Source of the DNA: Eledone cirrhosa
Taxonomy: Eukaryota
NCBI GenBank assembly: GCA_964016885.1
Contig: OZ024741.1
Coordinates: 344,348,001 to 344,412,000, forward strand
Reading direction: 5' to 3'
DNA: 64,000 bases
Position 1 is the stretch's first letter; each line of letters begins with the position of its first letter. Of the stretch, positions 41,250 to 55,061 are shown in pieces. The position numbers and the translations under genes were made by a program. Below the pieces are notes generated by a model that was not told where the DNA came from, did no database searches, and saw only the letters and a list, made by a program, of their open reading frames with translations.

Positions 41250-41537
41250 TTACAATGGTGGTGTCGGTGTGAGGTGTTATTTTGTGAGGAAGACTTTCAG
41301 CTGCTTCGTGCAGAGGTGAATTAGCCATTTTTTTTTCAAAGAAATTTTTTGATAATAATAAAAGTTAAAATTTTGGGCACAAGGCCCCAATCTTTTTGGG
41401 TGTCCTTTTCGGAAAACAATGTATGTGTGCTTATAAACAGTTAACAATAAAATTTTCCATAAATGGCAATTTTTAACAAACGGAAATAACAAACCTTTGC
41501 GGAGCTCACGATGATACGATTTACTACGTAGGTCGCC

Positions 41538-41605
<68 letters not shown>

Positions 41606-41606
<1 letters not shown>

Positions 41607-44523
41607 CTTAGTGGTAGATGAATTGAACAATGATAGTGGGAGACCTATGAACCTAAGATTTGTAGACATGAAAAAGTTAAAAGAAACAACAGCTAAGGTA
41701 AACAAAGTCATCCCATACCTTGAGCCTTCACCAGTGCAACAATATCCTCAAAGCAACAGCAAATACGGTGAGGAAACTACTTGGTATAAAAGCGAGAGGA
41801 AACAACAGACAAGAAAGAGCAAAGCCTTGGTGGAAGAAATGACTGAGTGGTGAAATCAGGGAAATGAGAAATGACATTGGAAAGCTTCAGTCCCTACTGA
41901 ATGGGGCACTAAAAAACATAGACACTAAAAATAGACTGGAAATAAAGTACAAAACTAGGAGGAAAAAGCTAAATATTATCATAGAGGAACTGAAGCAACG
42001 CATTGTAGCAAAAAGTGCAAAAATCAGGCGATACGAGAACAGAGTCAGCCAGTATAGACAGAACCGCATGTTCGACAACAACCAGAAGATGCTGTTTGGA
42101 CAGCTTGAAGGGAAAGAAAGAGGCAACGACTTGATCCCTGAGGCGGAACAAACTAAAACATTCTGGAGAGGAATGTGGGATCAGGATGTTAAACATAATG
42201 ACCAGGCAGTGTGGATTGAGACAGTACAGAAGGAGATCAGTGAACAGGCACGCCAACAAACTGATTTGAGTATCACAGTTGAAACTCTTAAGGGGCAGGC
42301 CAAAAAACTAACCAACTGGAAATCACCTGGCCCAGATGGTGTGCAGGGGTATTGGATTAAAAACATAACATCCCTCCACCCGAAACTGACAACCATGTTC
42401 AATGACTGCTTGATGTCAGGTGAGGTACCAGAGTGGTTGACAAAAGGTACCACAGTTCTGATAATGAAAGACCGAATCAAGGGTAATGATGTTACCAACT
42501 ATAGACCTATCACATGTCTGTCCGTAATGTGGAAACTGTTGACAAGCATTATGTCTGAGGAAATCTACCATCACCTCCACACAAACAACTTGTTACCGGA
42601 CGAACAGAAAGGATGCCGAAAGAAGTCACGTGGTACAAAGGACCAGTTACTTATTGATAAGATGGTAATGAGGAATTGCAAGAGGAGACACACTGGTCTT
42701 GCCATGAGATGGATAGACTACAAAAAGGCATTTGGCATGGTGCCTCATTCTTGGATTACCAAAAGCCTGGAGATATTCAAGGTGGCAGATAACATCAGGC
42801 AGTTGTTGGGCAAAAGTATGAAGTCCTGAGAAACAGAGTTAACATCAACTGGAGAATCCTTGGGAAGCGTGAAGATCAAGAGAGGTATCTTCCAGGGAGA
42901 TAGTCTGTCCCCTCTGTTGTTTGTCCTTGCGCTGATGCCCCTGACCAGTGTACTGCGAAAAGTGAGAGCAGGATACAGGGTGGGAAAGGGAGGGCTTACC
43001 ATCAATCACCTCCTCTTCATGGACGATCTTAAGCTCTTCGGGAAGAGTGAGAAGGAGTTGGATGTGCTTGTTGACACTGTCCGTATTTTCAGCAATGATA
43101 TATGTATGCAATTTGGTATTAGTAAGTGTGGAGTCATTGTGATGAGGAGGGGTAAGTTGAGCAGAAGTAACGGAATCCAGATACCAACAGGTGAGATGAC
43201 AAAAGAAATTGACTCTAAAGAAGTATTTGGGCGTTCTGGAGGCTGATGACATCAAGAACAAAGAAATGAAGGAATTGATAAGAACTGAATACCTTCGGAG
43301 AGTAAGGAGCGTATTAAAGTCACATCTGAACAGTAGGAATGCCATAAGTGCAGTAAATTCCCGAGCTGTGTCTATTATTAGGTACAGTGCGGGAATTCTG
43401 AGATGGAATGTTGCTGAACAAAAAGAAATGGATAGGAAGACTAGGAAGCTATTGACTATCTACAATATGTTCCACAAGAGGAGTGATGTCGATAGACTCT
43501 ACTTAAGGTGATCTGAGGGTGGAAGAGGTCTTATCAGCATAGAGGACTGTGTTCAGATGGAGAAAAACAACCTACACAAATGCGTGACTGATGGTAAGGA
43601 GCCAATGCTCAGAGCTGTACTGAAGGAGGGGACAATAGGCCAGGGGATGTTCAAGGAGGAAATAACATCAAGGAGAAAGAGCAGCCTCAAGGAAACATAC
43701 CTTCATAGTACCTTCTTTGAGAAAACTGAATTTAGAGATCCACAGACATGGAACTGGTTGAAAAGAGGAGACCTTAAAAAGGCTACAGAAGGAATGTTAA
43801 TGGCTGCGCAGGAGCATGCCCTCAAAACGAAGTGGTTGAAACACCACATTTACAAGGAGGAAGCTAGCCCACTGTGCAGGATCTGTGGAGAGAGAGAGGA
43901 GACTGTGGCTCACATTGTATCCGAGTGTAAACACCTAGCCCAGACTCACTATAAGGGCTGGAGACATGATGTGATGGGCAGGGTGATCCACTGGCACCAA
44001 TGCAAAGTAAACAATTTACCACATTCTGAGAAGTGGTATGAGCATAGGCCAGAGGCGGTGATAGAAAACGATCAGGTGAAGGTGCTGTGGGATTTTAGGA
44101 TACAGACGGACAAGAAACTGGAACACAATAGACCTGACCTGGTGGTTTTGGACAAAGAAAAAAGATCGTGCCTGATTGTGGATGTGGCCTGCCCATTCGA
44201 CACGAGAGTGCAAGATAAGGAGAGGGAGAAAATTAACCGATACCAGGACTTAAAGTGTGGGGGGGAAAGGATTTGGAACTGCCATGAAGTCAAAGTGATC
44301 CCGATTGTTATAGGCGCACTAGGGACTATCTCAAAAAGTTTCCAGGGATGGTTAAAGAAAATTGGTCCCTTCACGCTTTTTGGAATGCTTCAAAAGGCAT
44401 GCTTGCTGGGAACAGCAAGAACCCTCCGTTACGTCCTGAATATCTGAGGCTGCAGGTAGTGGCTTGATATTCATCTCAACAAACTTTCCAGTTAACTAAC
44501 ATAAATGACTGAGACTCAAAGAG
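41606..44523 (+). mobile_element. 5'-truncated R4/Dong-like non-LTR retrotransposon (RT + restriction-like endonuclease), decayed
   Basis: WKSPGPDG, NYRPITCL, WIDYKKAF, GIFQGDSLSP, HLLFMDD, CRICGEREETVAHIVSEC, RHD, HNRPDLV..DVACP; stops and frameshifts; bounded by (TAA)n, the known Dong target. Confidence 0.88.
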
Positions 44524-44560
44524 TAATAACAATAGTAATAATAATAACAATAATAATAAC

Positions 44561-44847
44561 GATTTTTTTATTAACCACAAGGGTTTACAGAAAGTAGACA
44601 TTAAGGACAGTGCAGGACAATACAGGACGGTACAAATTGGCATTTCTGCGTGTAAAAAACAAAAACAGGGGATGTAACAAAAAAATAACAATGAAAGATT
44701 CCCCAATAGGGGGGAGACTTCGGAGGGACATTTGTGGAGAAAGCCCATTAAAAGGCCACAGTGACCCTGACCACCAAGGTAAGTGCCCTCTCCCAGTTTT
44801 CTACCTTTAATTTACAGATACATACTCAGAGTAGGCCCATTCACTCG
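44561..44847 (-). mobile_element. 3' stub of a third Tx1-like copy
   Basis: Matches the 3' UTR and last ORF2 codons of copies 1 and 2; its 3' end abuts a degenerate (AAT)n. Confidence 0.9.
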
Positions 44848-45281
44848 TAAATGGTATAGCTGAAGTCGTAGACTAAATTCTAACTAGGAAACCGGATGAA
44901 GAGTTAAGAATAAAGTAAATAAAATACAATACAGTTTTGGTTGACGTACGTCTCCGAACATTTGTGTATTTACATGTAGGTATGTGTGTGCGCTTATATA
45001 TATATACGTATTTATTTATTTATATACGTTTATTTAATTATTTATTTATTTGTATACACGCACACACACACACATATTTATATGTGCGTGGTTTTGTATA
45101 CCTATGGCAAGTGTTTTCGCGTATGCTTGTGTATGTACGTATTTGCTTGCGTGTATGTATTTATTTAATTTCTATTACCTCTGTATTGTATTTTATTTAC
45201 TTTATTCTTAACTCTGAAGCGGAGATTCATTCGGTTTCCTAGTTAGAATTTTAGTCCACGACTTCAGCTATACCATTTACG
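44846..45281. repeat. Inverted repeat (~90-100-bp arms) around ~245 bp of low-complexity DNA; MITE-like
   Basis: cgtaaatggtatagctgaagtcgt..aatacaatacag / ctgtattgtatt..acgacttcagctataccatttacg. Confidence 0.7.
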
Positions 45282-45681
45282 TGATTTTGTCTTTGCGTGC
45301 AATTGTTCTCCACGCTCCACATATGACGTATTATCTTCGTTTTTTCGTTCATTGCCAGAGAACGTCTCTATGAACCACCTAAGAGAACATTAGTCTACGT
45401 CTTCTTTTATACCATAAACGTGGTTCTGTCTTTGCGTGTAATTGTTTTTCACCGCTCCTATTAATGACGTATTATATTCGTTTTTTCCCGTTCTTTGCCA
45501 GGGAACGTTTCCACGAACCAAAGTATCATCTTCCTGTCTTCCTCCGGTTGCAACGTTTTTTGAAATATCCACTTTTGCGTTTACAGATTGACTTTGTTAG
45601 TTTCAGAAGATCCCGTTAAGGGTGAAAGCACCGATTCTTTGCTTAAACTTTAATCTGTTATTTTAATATATATATATATAA

Positions 45682-45799
<118 letters not shown>

Positions 45800-46115
45800 T
45801 TATTTATTAAAATAACAGATTAAAGTTTAAGCAAAGAATCGCTGCTTTCACCCTTAACTGGATCTTCTGAAACTATATATATATTACTATATATATATAT
45901 ATCCCAAATTGTAGAAATCCTATAACGAAACGGCCGTCTGGAAGGAAAGAGATATTTATTTAATAATGTCTCATATAATACAACCAGCTATCCACGAAAT
46001 ACTGATTAGTTAGCACCCCAAACACTAATTTGGGAAAATACTTAGGTATATCCTAATGTTTGTTGAGTGAGATGGAGTTGGTCAGAGTATCGCTTAAGGC
46101 TTTTTCTGTTTATGT

Positions 46116-46181
<66 letters not shown>

Positions 46182-46299
46182 CATATATATACATATATAT
46201 ATACACACAAATATATACACATATATATATACACATATATATATGTTGAGAAGTGACCAAAGAGTTGATACATATAATAGTAAAAAAGAAAAAAACAGT

Positions 46300-47150
46300 A
46301 GAAAATGCTAATGGGATTTTCTCATAGAATAACAGCAAAACATTTATTTATAAAAAAGGAATTTATCGTACCGGTTTCAGACACGTGGGCTTCTTCATGC
46401 TACGGAAGTGTATAACAAAATTTATAATGTAGTTACTTTGTTTATTAATAAGAATATGGTATGAAATAACATAGTTTACATACATATATACAGATGAGTT
46501 CACATTTTTGTTTATCGCTTTCTCTCTTTCTCTCCTTCTTGCTGACTATAACTGCAGCAGTGGTAGTGAAAGTAGCAGAGGAGAACTAGCTCGTTCTATG
46601 TTTAATTCCTAGATTTCTATTGTTAATCTTCGCTATATTCTGGGCTATGCTTTTTGGCAGTCGAGTAGGAAAGGTTGATTGTGTGTTGGTTAAAGACTTG
46701 ACTCTATATATGTGATTTAGGAAGACATTTATCTAATACATAAAAAAAAAAGCCTAGCTATGTTATTTTGTAGTCCTAAAGAATGGGGTGGATTGTACCA
46801 CAGAACGGAGCGGGATCTAACCCTCTTATTTAACTTTATGGTGCTATTTCAGCTATATCTATTTGGAACCGGATTTGTCCTGTCTCTAATGTCTAATTAT
46901 TTCAATTAACGTTAATTGTGAGTATGTTAGTGTTTATGTCTATGGTTTGTTTGTGTCTATGAGAGGCTCTGTAATTGTTTCTATCTATATGCATGTACTC
47001 AATTTTGTCCTGGTAACCTACTCTAACTAATGCATTATTATAGTATCTAGCCTTCCCATCGAAGATTTCCCTGTTAGCTAAGATTCTAGAGATTCTCTGT
47101 TCTACACTTTTGACTATGGTATTCTTAACGTTTCTATATTGAATCGACCT
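46300..47150 (-). pseudogene. Decayed Penelope-like fragment (RT thumb/linker) with a degenerate downstream hammerhead (~46367-46406)
   Basis: IVKSVEQRISRILANREIFD..YNNALVRVGY; RSRSVLWYNPPHS...VLDKCLPKSH..VFNQHTINLSYS; ATGAAGA-agcccacgtgtct-GAAAccggTA. Confidence 0.65.
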
Positions 47151-47161
47151 CTCTAGGGACG

Positions 47162-47550
47162 CTAAACTCCGCCAGTTGAAGACTGCGCATCAACATGAGA
47201 TATCTCTCTCCACAGAGTTCGATCACCAGCAACAGAGTTCAAAGAGTAAAGATCAAGTCCAGTCCATGAATTGACATTGTCAAGCCATCGTTTTGGCTGC
47301 CGGCCTTTGCTTCTCTTATCAGGCAACCTTCCTTCCAGGCATAACCTACTCACACCACGAGTTAATCTTGCTATATGGCCGTATAGTTTGAGTACTCTTG
47401 ACTTGACAATTGATGTAACTGGTCTAAGTTTGGTAATGTTGAGCAGCTCACTGATAGAGATACGGTGGCTGAGCCACTTGCTCGTCATAAGTCTCATGAT
47501 GTAGTTCTGGAATGTAGAAAGCTTCTGAATCGACCATGTAACACCGAAGA
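47162..47550 (-). pseudogene. 3' end of an RTE-clade LINE ORF
   Basis: LKLYGHIAR...LEGRLPDKRSKGRQPKRWLDNV...DRTLWR. Confidence 0.75.
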
Positions 47551-48886
47551 CATTTATCATACATATGTGTATATGCGTCTGTGTGTGTACATGTTCGTTT
47601 ACAAGTAGTGATATCAATGTAATTATGTGCTTAAAAACATGTATGGATATTTTTATGAATATGTATTGCACTGTATACGCTGTATGTATTTTTTAAATAT
47701 ACCAGAATTTTCCGGAAAATCTTGAAATGTTTAAAGCAGACCGCTTTACTGTGAAGCCCGGAAAGAAACCCTAGTATAAGTTATATTAAAAACATAACTG
47801 TATTTGCGTATGTGTCTTTGTGTGTGTAATTGAGTATGTGTATTTGGGTATGCGTGTGTGTGTATGTGTGCGTTTATGAGCATGAGTGTGTGTATTTGCG
47901 TATCTGTGTGTCTATATATTTCTCTGTGCGTGTGTGTTTTTGTGTGTGTTTGTGTTTGTACCTTTGAGTGTGTATATTTGTATATGTGTGTAGTGGGTGT
48001 ATGTTTGTATGTTTGTTTGTGTGTGTGCATGTATGTGTGTGTATGTATGTGTGTGTGTGTGCATGTATGTGTGTGTATGTATTGTGTATGTGTGCGTGTG
48101 TATGTGTGTATGTGTAGGTGTGGGTGTGTTTGTTTGTTTGTTTGTTTGTGTGTGTGTGTGTGTGTATGTGTGTGTGTGTTTGTTTGTTTGTATGTATATG
48201 TATGCACGTATGTATAATGATAATCTTTCTCGATATTTTACACTGCTCGATAATTTTCAAGTAGATCATGCTGCTACTCTGGATGTTCAACACTCTTCGA
48301 TTTTCATCGAAGAGTGTTGAATCGTTACCTCAGACATGTATTTATTTATTTATATGTTTATTTATTTTGAAAAGCAAATTAATTTTATTGATTAAAAAAT
48401 ATCCATATTCTATTTTAGATATTTACAAACAAGAAGAGATAAAGAAAAATGGAAAGGGGGATTGAATTAAATAAATAAATAAAAGAAGTGGAGAGAAATT
48501 AGGCGAGGGAAAATTCTGCTCCTTTGGTTTGACGGTACATCTTAGTTGTGACCCGCGGACGAGAGCCAGCGATTACCCGCTGCAAGCTATTTAAACTCAT
48601 GGAGTTCCATCCATGGGCGTGATACCTACTTTCAAATTTGGTAGTCTGGAGATCGAGAGCACCAGATGTTTGGATGGTGACCAGCACCAAAAGGAAAAGG
48701 TTAGTCAATGCCAGGTGTTTACTTAAGACATATAATTATCCATTATGTTCCACATCACAGTTATAAGTTAACATTCTTGCAAGAAGCTAAGCATTTCCCA
48801 AAGATGTGCACACTTAAGGTAATTCCTAGGTAGATTCAGTGTATTGTCTCATGAGCTTAGTGTAGGTTGTCATGGAATATCGAGAT

Positions 48887-49001
<115 letters not shown>

Positions 49002-49110
49002 TATACATATATATAGCGGCGATGAATCTGTTATTAATTCTGGCAATATTACACAAATATGACCCTCCCCAAGTATAACAATATATATATATATATATAT
49101 ACATATATAT

Positions 49111-49167
49111 ATGTAAGTATGCATGTATACGTACATACATATATGTATACAGACGTACAGTAGCATG

Positions 49168-49205
<38 letters not shown>

Positions 49206-49653
49206 TATATACATATGCATACAGGTACACATACATATATGCACGTATCAGTTTAGCGGCGCTTATTATAACGTCGCTTTGTTCGTTTGTAAACAAACTG
49301 AACAGCCTGAATTTATGCCATACGGTGTTAGGCAACCACGTCACCTTTTTGTTCAACACTGACACAGGAACGATGTACTAGTTTCAAGCTTGTTAGCTAT
49401 CATCAGCACCGTTTACCCATCTGCCAGATAGTTGAACGTTCGAAAGTATATACTTTCCTTATGAAAATTAACGGCTGAGCAGCCTAATTTGCATATTGAG
49501 TGAGTTAAATCGGTCAGGCATACCGAAAACGATAAATTGAAACAAAATGAAAACGAAATTTCATTTCTCACTCTTAGTATGGCACTTACTTAAATGTAAG
49601 TATGCATGTATACGTACATACATATATGTATACAGACGTACAGTAGCATGCAC

Positions 49654-49686
<33 letters not shown>

Positions 49687-51663
49687 TATATACATATGCA
49701 TACAGGTACACATACATATATGCACGTATCAGTTTAGCGGCGCTTATTATAACGTCGCTTTGTTCGTTTGTAAACAAACTGAACAGCCTGAATTTATGCC
49801 ATACGGTGTTAAGGCAACCACGTCACCTTTTTGTTCAACACTGACACAGGAACGATGTACTAGTTTCAAGCTTGTTAGCTATCATCAGCACCGTTTACCC
49901 ATCTGCCAGATAGTTGAACGTTCGAAAGTATATACTTTCCTTATGAAAATTAACGGCTGAGCAGCCTAATTTGCATATTGAGTGAGTTAAATCGGTCAGG
50001 CATACCGAAAACGATAAATTGAAACAAAATGAAAACGAAATTTCATTTCTCACTCTTAGTATGGCACTTACTTAAATGTAAGTATGCATGTATACGTACA
50101 TACATATATGTATACAGACGTACAGTAGCATGCACATATATATATATATATATATATACATATATATATACATATGCATACAGGTACACATACATATATG
50201 CACGTATCAGTTTAGCGGCGCTTATTATAACGTCGCTTTGTTCGTTTGTAAACAAACTGAACAGCCTGAATTTATGCCATACGGTGTTAAGGCAACCACG
50301 TCACCTTTTTGTTCAACACTGACACAGGAACGATGTACTAGTTTCAAGCTTGTTAGCTATCATCAGCACCGTTTACCCATCTGCCAGATAGTTGAACGTT
50401 CGAAAGTATATACTTTCCTTATGAAAATTAACGGCTGAGCAGCCTAATTTGCATATTGAGTGAGTTAAATCGGTCAGGCATACCGAAAACGATGGGTAAA
50501 CGGTGCTGATGATAGCTAACAAGCTTGAAACTAGTACATCGTTCCTGTGTCAGTGTTGAACAAAAAGGTGACGTGGTTGCCTTAACACCGTATGGCATAA
50601 ATTCAGGCTGTTCAGTTTGTTTACAAACGAACAAAGCGACGTTATAACAAGCGCCGCTAAACTGATACGTGCATATATGTATGTGTACCTGTATGCATAT
50701 GTATATATATATGTATATATATATATATATATATATGTGCATGCTACTGTACGTCTGTATACATATATGTATGTACGTATACATGCATACTTACATTTAA
50801 GTAAGTGCCATACTAAGAGTGAGAAATGAAATTTCGTTTTCATTTTGTTTCAATTTATCGTTTTCGGTATGCCTGACCGATTTAACTCACTCAATATGCA
50901 AATTAGGCTGCTCAGCCGTTAATTTTCATAAGGAAAGTATATACTTTCGAACGTTCAACTATCTGGCAGATGGGTAAACGGTGCTGATGATAGCTAACAA
51001 GCTTGAAACTAGTACATCGTTCCTGTGTCAGTGTTGAACAAAAAGGTGACGTGGTTGCCTTAACACCGTATGGCATAAATTCAGGCTGTTCAGTTTGTTT
51101 ACAAACGAACAAAGCGACGTTATAATAAGCGCCGCTAAACTGATACGTGCATATATGTATGTGTACCTGTATGCATATGTATATATATATGTATATATAT
51201 ATATATATATATATGTGCATGCTACTGTACGTCTGTATACATATATGTATGTACGTATACATGCATACTTACATTTAAGTAAGTGCCATACTAAGAGTGA
51301 GAAATGAAATTTCGTTTTCATTTTGTTAAAATTTATCGTTTTCGGTATGCCTGACCGATTTAACTCACTCAATATGCAAATTAGGCTGCTCAGCCGTTAA
51401 TTTTCATAAGGAAAGTATATACTTTCGAACGTTCAACTATCTGGCAGATGGGTAAACGGTGCTGATGATAGCTAACAAGCTTGAAACTAGTACATCGTTC
51501 CTGTGTCAGTGTTGAACAAAAAGGTGACGTGGTTGCCTTAACACCGTATGGCATAAATTCAGGCTGTTCAGTTTGTTTACAAACGAACAAAGCGACGTTA
51601 TAATAAGCGCCGCTAAACTGATACGTGCATATATGTATGTGTACCTGTATGCATATGTATATA

Positions 51664-51697
<34 letters not shown>

Positions 51698-52621
51698 CAT
51701 GCTACTGTACGTCTGTATACATATATGTATGTACGTATACATGCATACTTACATTTAAGTAAGTGCCATACTAAGAGTGAGAAATGAAATTTCGTTTTCA
51801 TTTTGTTTCAATTTATCGTTTTCGGTATGCCTGACCGATTTAACTCACTCAATATGCAAATTAGGCTGCTCAGCCGTTAATTTTCATAAGGAAAGTATAT
51901 ACTTTCGAACGTTCAACTATCTGGCAGATGGGTAAACGGTGCTGATGATAGCTAACAAGCTTGAAACTAGTACATCGTTCCTGTGTCAGTGTTGAACAAA
52001 AAGGTGACGTGGTTGCCTTAACACCGTATGGCATAAATTCAGGCTGTTCAGTTTGTTTACAAACGAACAAAGCGACGTTATAATAAGCGCCGCTAAACTG
52101 ATACGTGCATATATGTATGTGTACCTGTATGCATATGTATATATATATGTATATATATATATATATATATATGTGCATGCTACTGTACGTCTGTATACAT
52201 ATATGTATGTACGTATACATGCATACTTACATTTAAGTAAGTGCCATACTAAGAGTGAGAAATGAAATTTCGTTTTCATTTTGTTAAAATTTATCGTTTT
52301 CGGTATGCCTGACCGATTTAACTCACTCAATATGCAAATTAGGCTGCTCAGCCGTTAATTTTCATAAGGAAAGTATATACTTTCGAACGTTCAACTATCT
52401 GGCAGATGGGTAAACGGTGCTGATGATAGCTAACAAGCTTGAAACTAGTACATCGTTCCTGTGTCAGTGTTGAACAAAAAGGTGACGTGGTTGCCTTAAC
52501 ACCGTATGGCATAAATTCAGGCTGTTCAGTTTGTTTACAAACGAACAAAGCGACGTTATAATAAGCGCCGCTAAACTGATACGTGCATATATGTATGTGT
52601 ACCTGTATGCATATGTATATA

Positions 52622-52655
<34 letters not shown>

Positions 52656-53579
52656 CATGCTACTGTACGTCTGTATACATATATGTATGTACGTATACAT
52701 GCATACTTACATTTAAGTAAGTGCCATACTAAGAGTGAGAAATGAAATTTCGTTTTCATTTTGTTTCAATTTATCGTTTTCGGTATGCCTGACCGATTTA
52801 ACTCACTCAATATGCAAATTAGGCTGCTCAGCCGTTAATTTTCATAAGGAAAGTATATACTTTCGAACGTTCAACTATCTGGCAGATGGGTAAACGGTGC
52901 TGATGATAGCTAACAAGCTTGAAACTAGTACATCGTTCCTGTGTCAGTGTTGAACAAAAAGGTGACGTGGTTGCCTTAACACCGTATGGCATAAATTCAG
53001 GCTGTTCAGTTTGTTTACAAACGAACAAAGCGACGTTATAATAAGCGCCGCTAAACTGATACGTGCATATATGTATGTGTACCTGTATGCATATGTATAT
53101 ATATATGTATATATATATATATATATATATGTGCATGCTACTGTACGTCTGTATACATATATGTATGTACGTATACATGCATACTTACATTTAAGTAAGT
53201 GCCATACTAAGAGTGAGAAATGAAATTTCGTTTTCATTTTGTTTCAATTTATCGTTTTCGGTATGCCTGACCGATTTAACTCACTCAATATGCAAATTAG
53301 GCTGCTCAGCCGTTAATTTTCATAAGGAAAGTATATACTTTCGAACGTTCAACTATCTGGCAGATGGGTAAACGGTGCTGATGATAGCTAACAAGCTTGA
53401 AACTAGTACATCGTTCCTGTGTCAGTGTTGAACAAAAAGGTGACGTGGTTGCCTTAACACCGTATGGCATAAATTCAGGCTGTTCAGTTTGTTTACAAAC
53501 GAACAAAGCGACGTTATAATAAGCGCCGCTAAACTGATACGTGCATATATGTATGTGTACCTGTATGCATATGTATATA

Positions 53580-53627
<48 letters not shown>

Positions 53628-55027
53628 CATGCTACTGTACGTCTGTATACATATATGTATGTACGTATACATGCATACTTACATTTAAGTAAGTGCCATA
53701 CTAAGAGTGAGAAATGAAATTTCGTTTTCATTTTGTTTCAATTTATCGTTTTCGGTATGCCTGACCGATTTAACTCACTCAATATGCAAATTAGGCTGCT
53801 CAGCCGTTAATTTTCATAAGGAAAGTATATACTTTCGAACGTTCAACTATCTGGCAGATGGGTAAACGGTGCTGATGATAGCTAACAAGCTTGAAACTAG
53901 TACATCGTTCCTGTGTCAGTGTTGAACAAAAAGGTGACGTGGTTGCCTTAACACCGTATGGCATAAATTCAGGCTGTTCAGTTTGTTTACAAACGAACAA
54001 AGCGACGTTATAATAAGCGCCGCTAAACTGATACGTGCATATATGTATGTGTACCTGTATGCATATGTATATATATATGTATATATATATATATATATAT
54101 GTGCATGCTACTGTACGTCTGTATACATATATGTATGTACGTATACATGCATACTTACATTTAAGTAAGTGCCATACTAAGAGTGAGAAATGAAATTTCG
54201 TTTTCATTTTGTTTCAATTTATCGTTTTCGGTATGCCTGACCGATTTAACTCACTCAATATGCAAATTAGGCTGCTCAGCCGTTAATTTTCATAAGGAAA
54301 GTATATACTTTCGAACGTTCAACTATCTGGCAGATGGGTAAACGGTGCTGATGATAGCTAACAAGCTTGAAACTAGTACATCGTTCCTGTGTCAGTGTTG
54401 AACAAAAAGGTGACGTGGTTGCCTTAACACCGTATGGCATAAATTCAGGCTGTTCAGTTTGTTTACAAACGAACAAAGCGACGTTATAATAAGCGCCGCT
54501 AAACTGATACGTGCATATATGTATGTGTACCTGTATGCATATGTATATATATATGTATATATATATATATATATATATGTGCATGCTACTGTACGTCTGT
54601 ATACATATATGTATGTACGTATACATGCATACTTACATTTAAGTAAGTGCCATACTAAGAGTGAGAAATGAAATTTCGTTTTCATTTTGTTTCAATTTAT
54701 CGTTTTCGGTATGCCTGACCGATTTAACTCACTCAATATGCAAATTAGGCTGCTCAGCCGTTAATTTTCATAAGGAAAGTATATACTTTCGAACGTTCAA
54801 CTATCTGGCAGATGGGTAAACGGTGCTGATGATAGCTAACAAGCTTGAAACTAGTACATCGTTCCTGTGTCAGTGTTGAACAAAAAGGTGACGTGGTTGC
54901 CTTAACACCGTATGGCATAAATTCAGGCTGTTCAGTTTGTTTACAAACGAACAAAGCGACGTTATAATAAGCGCCGCTAAACTGATACGTGCATATATGT
55001 ATGTGTACCTGTATGCATATGTATATA

Positions 55028-55061
<34 letters not shown>

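Larger units (their letters stand above)
35784..41537 (-). mobile_element. Full-length Tx1/L1-clade retrotransposon, copy 2, in (AAT)n
   Basis: Same 3' end and ORF2 as copy 1; different 5' UTR and divergent ORF1. Confidence 0.9.

Noticed and set aside
30009-44374. Antisense ORFs overlapping the Tx1 and Dong coding regions
   Set aside because: Shadow ORFs of the retrotransposon coding sequence.
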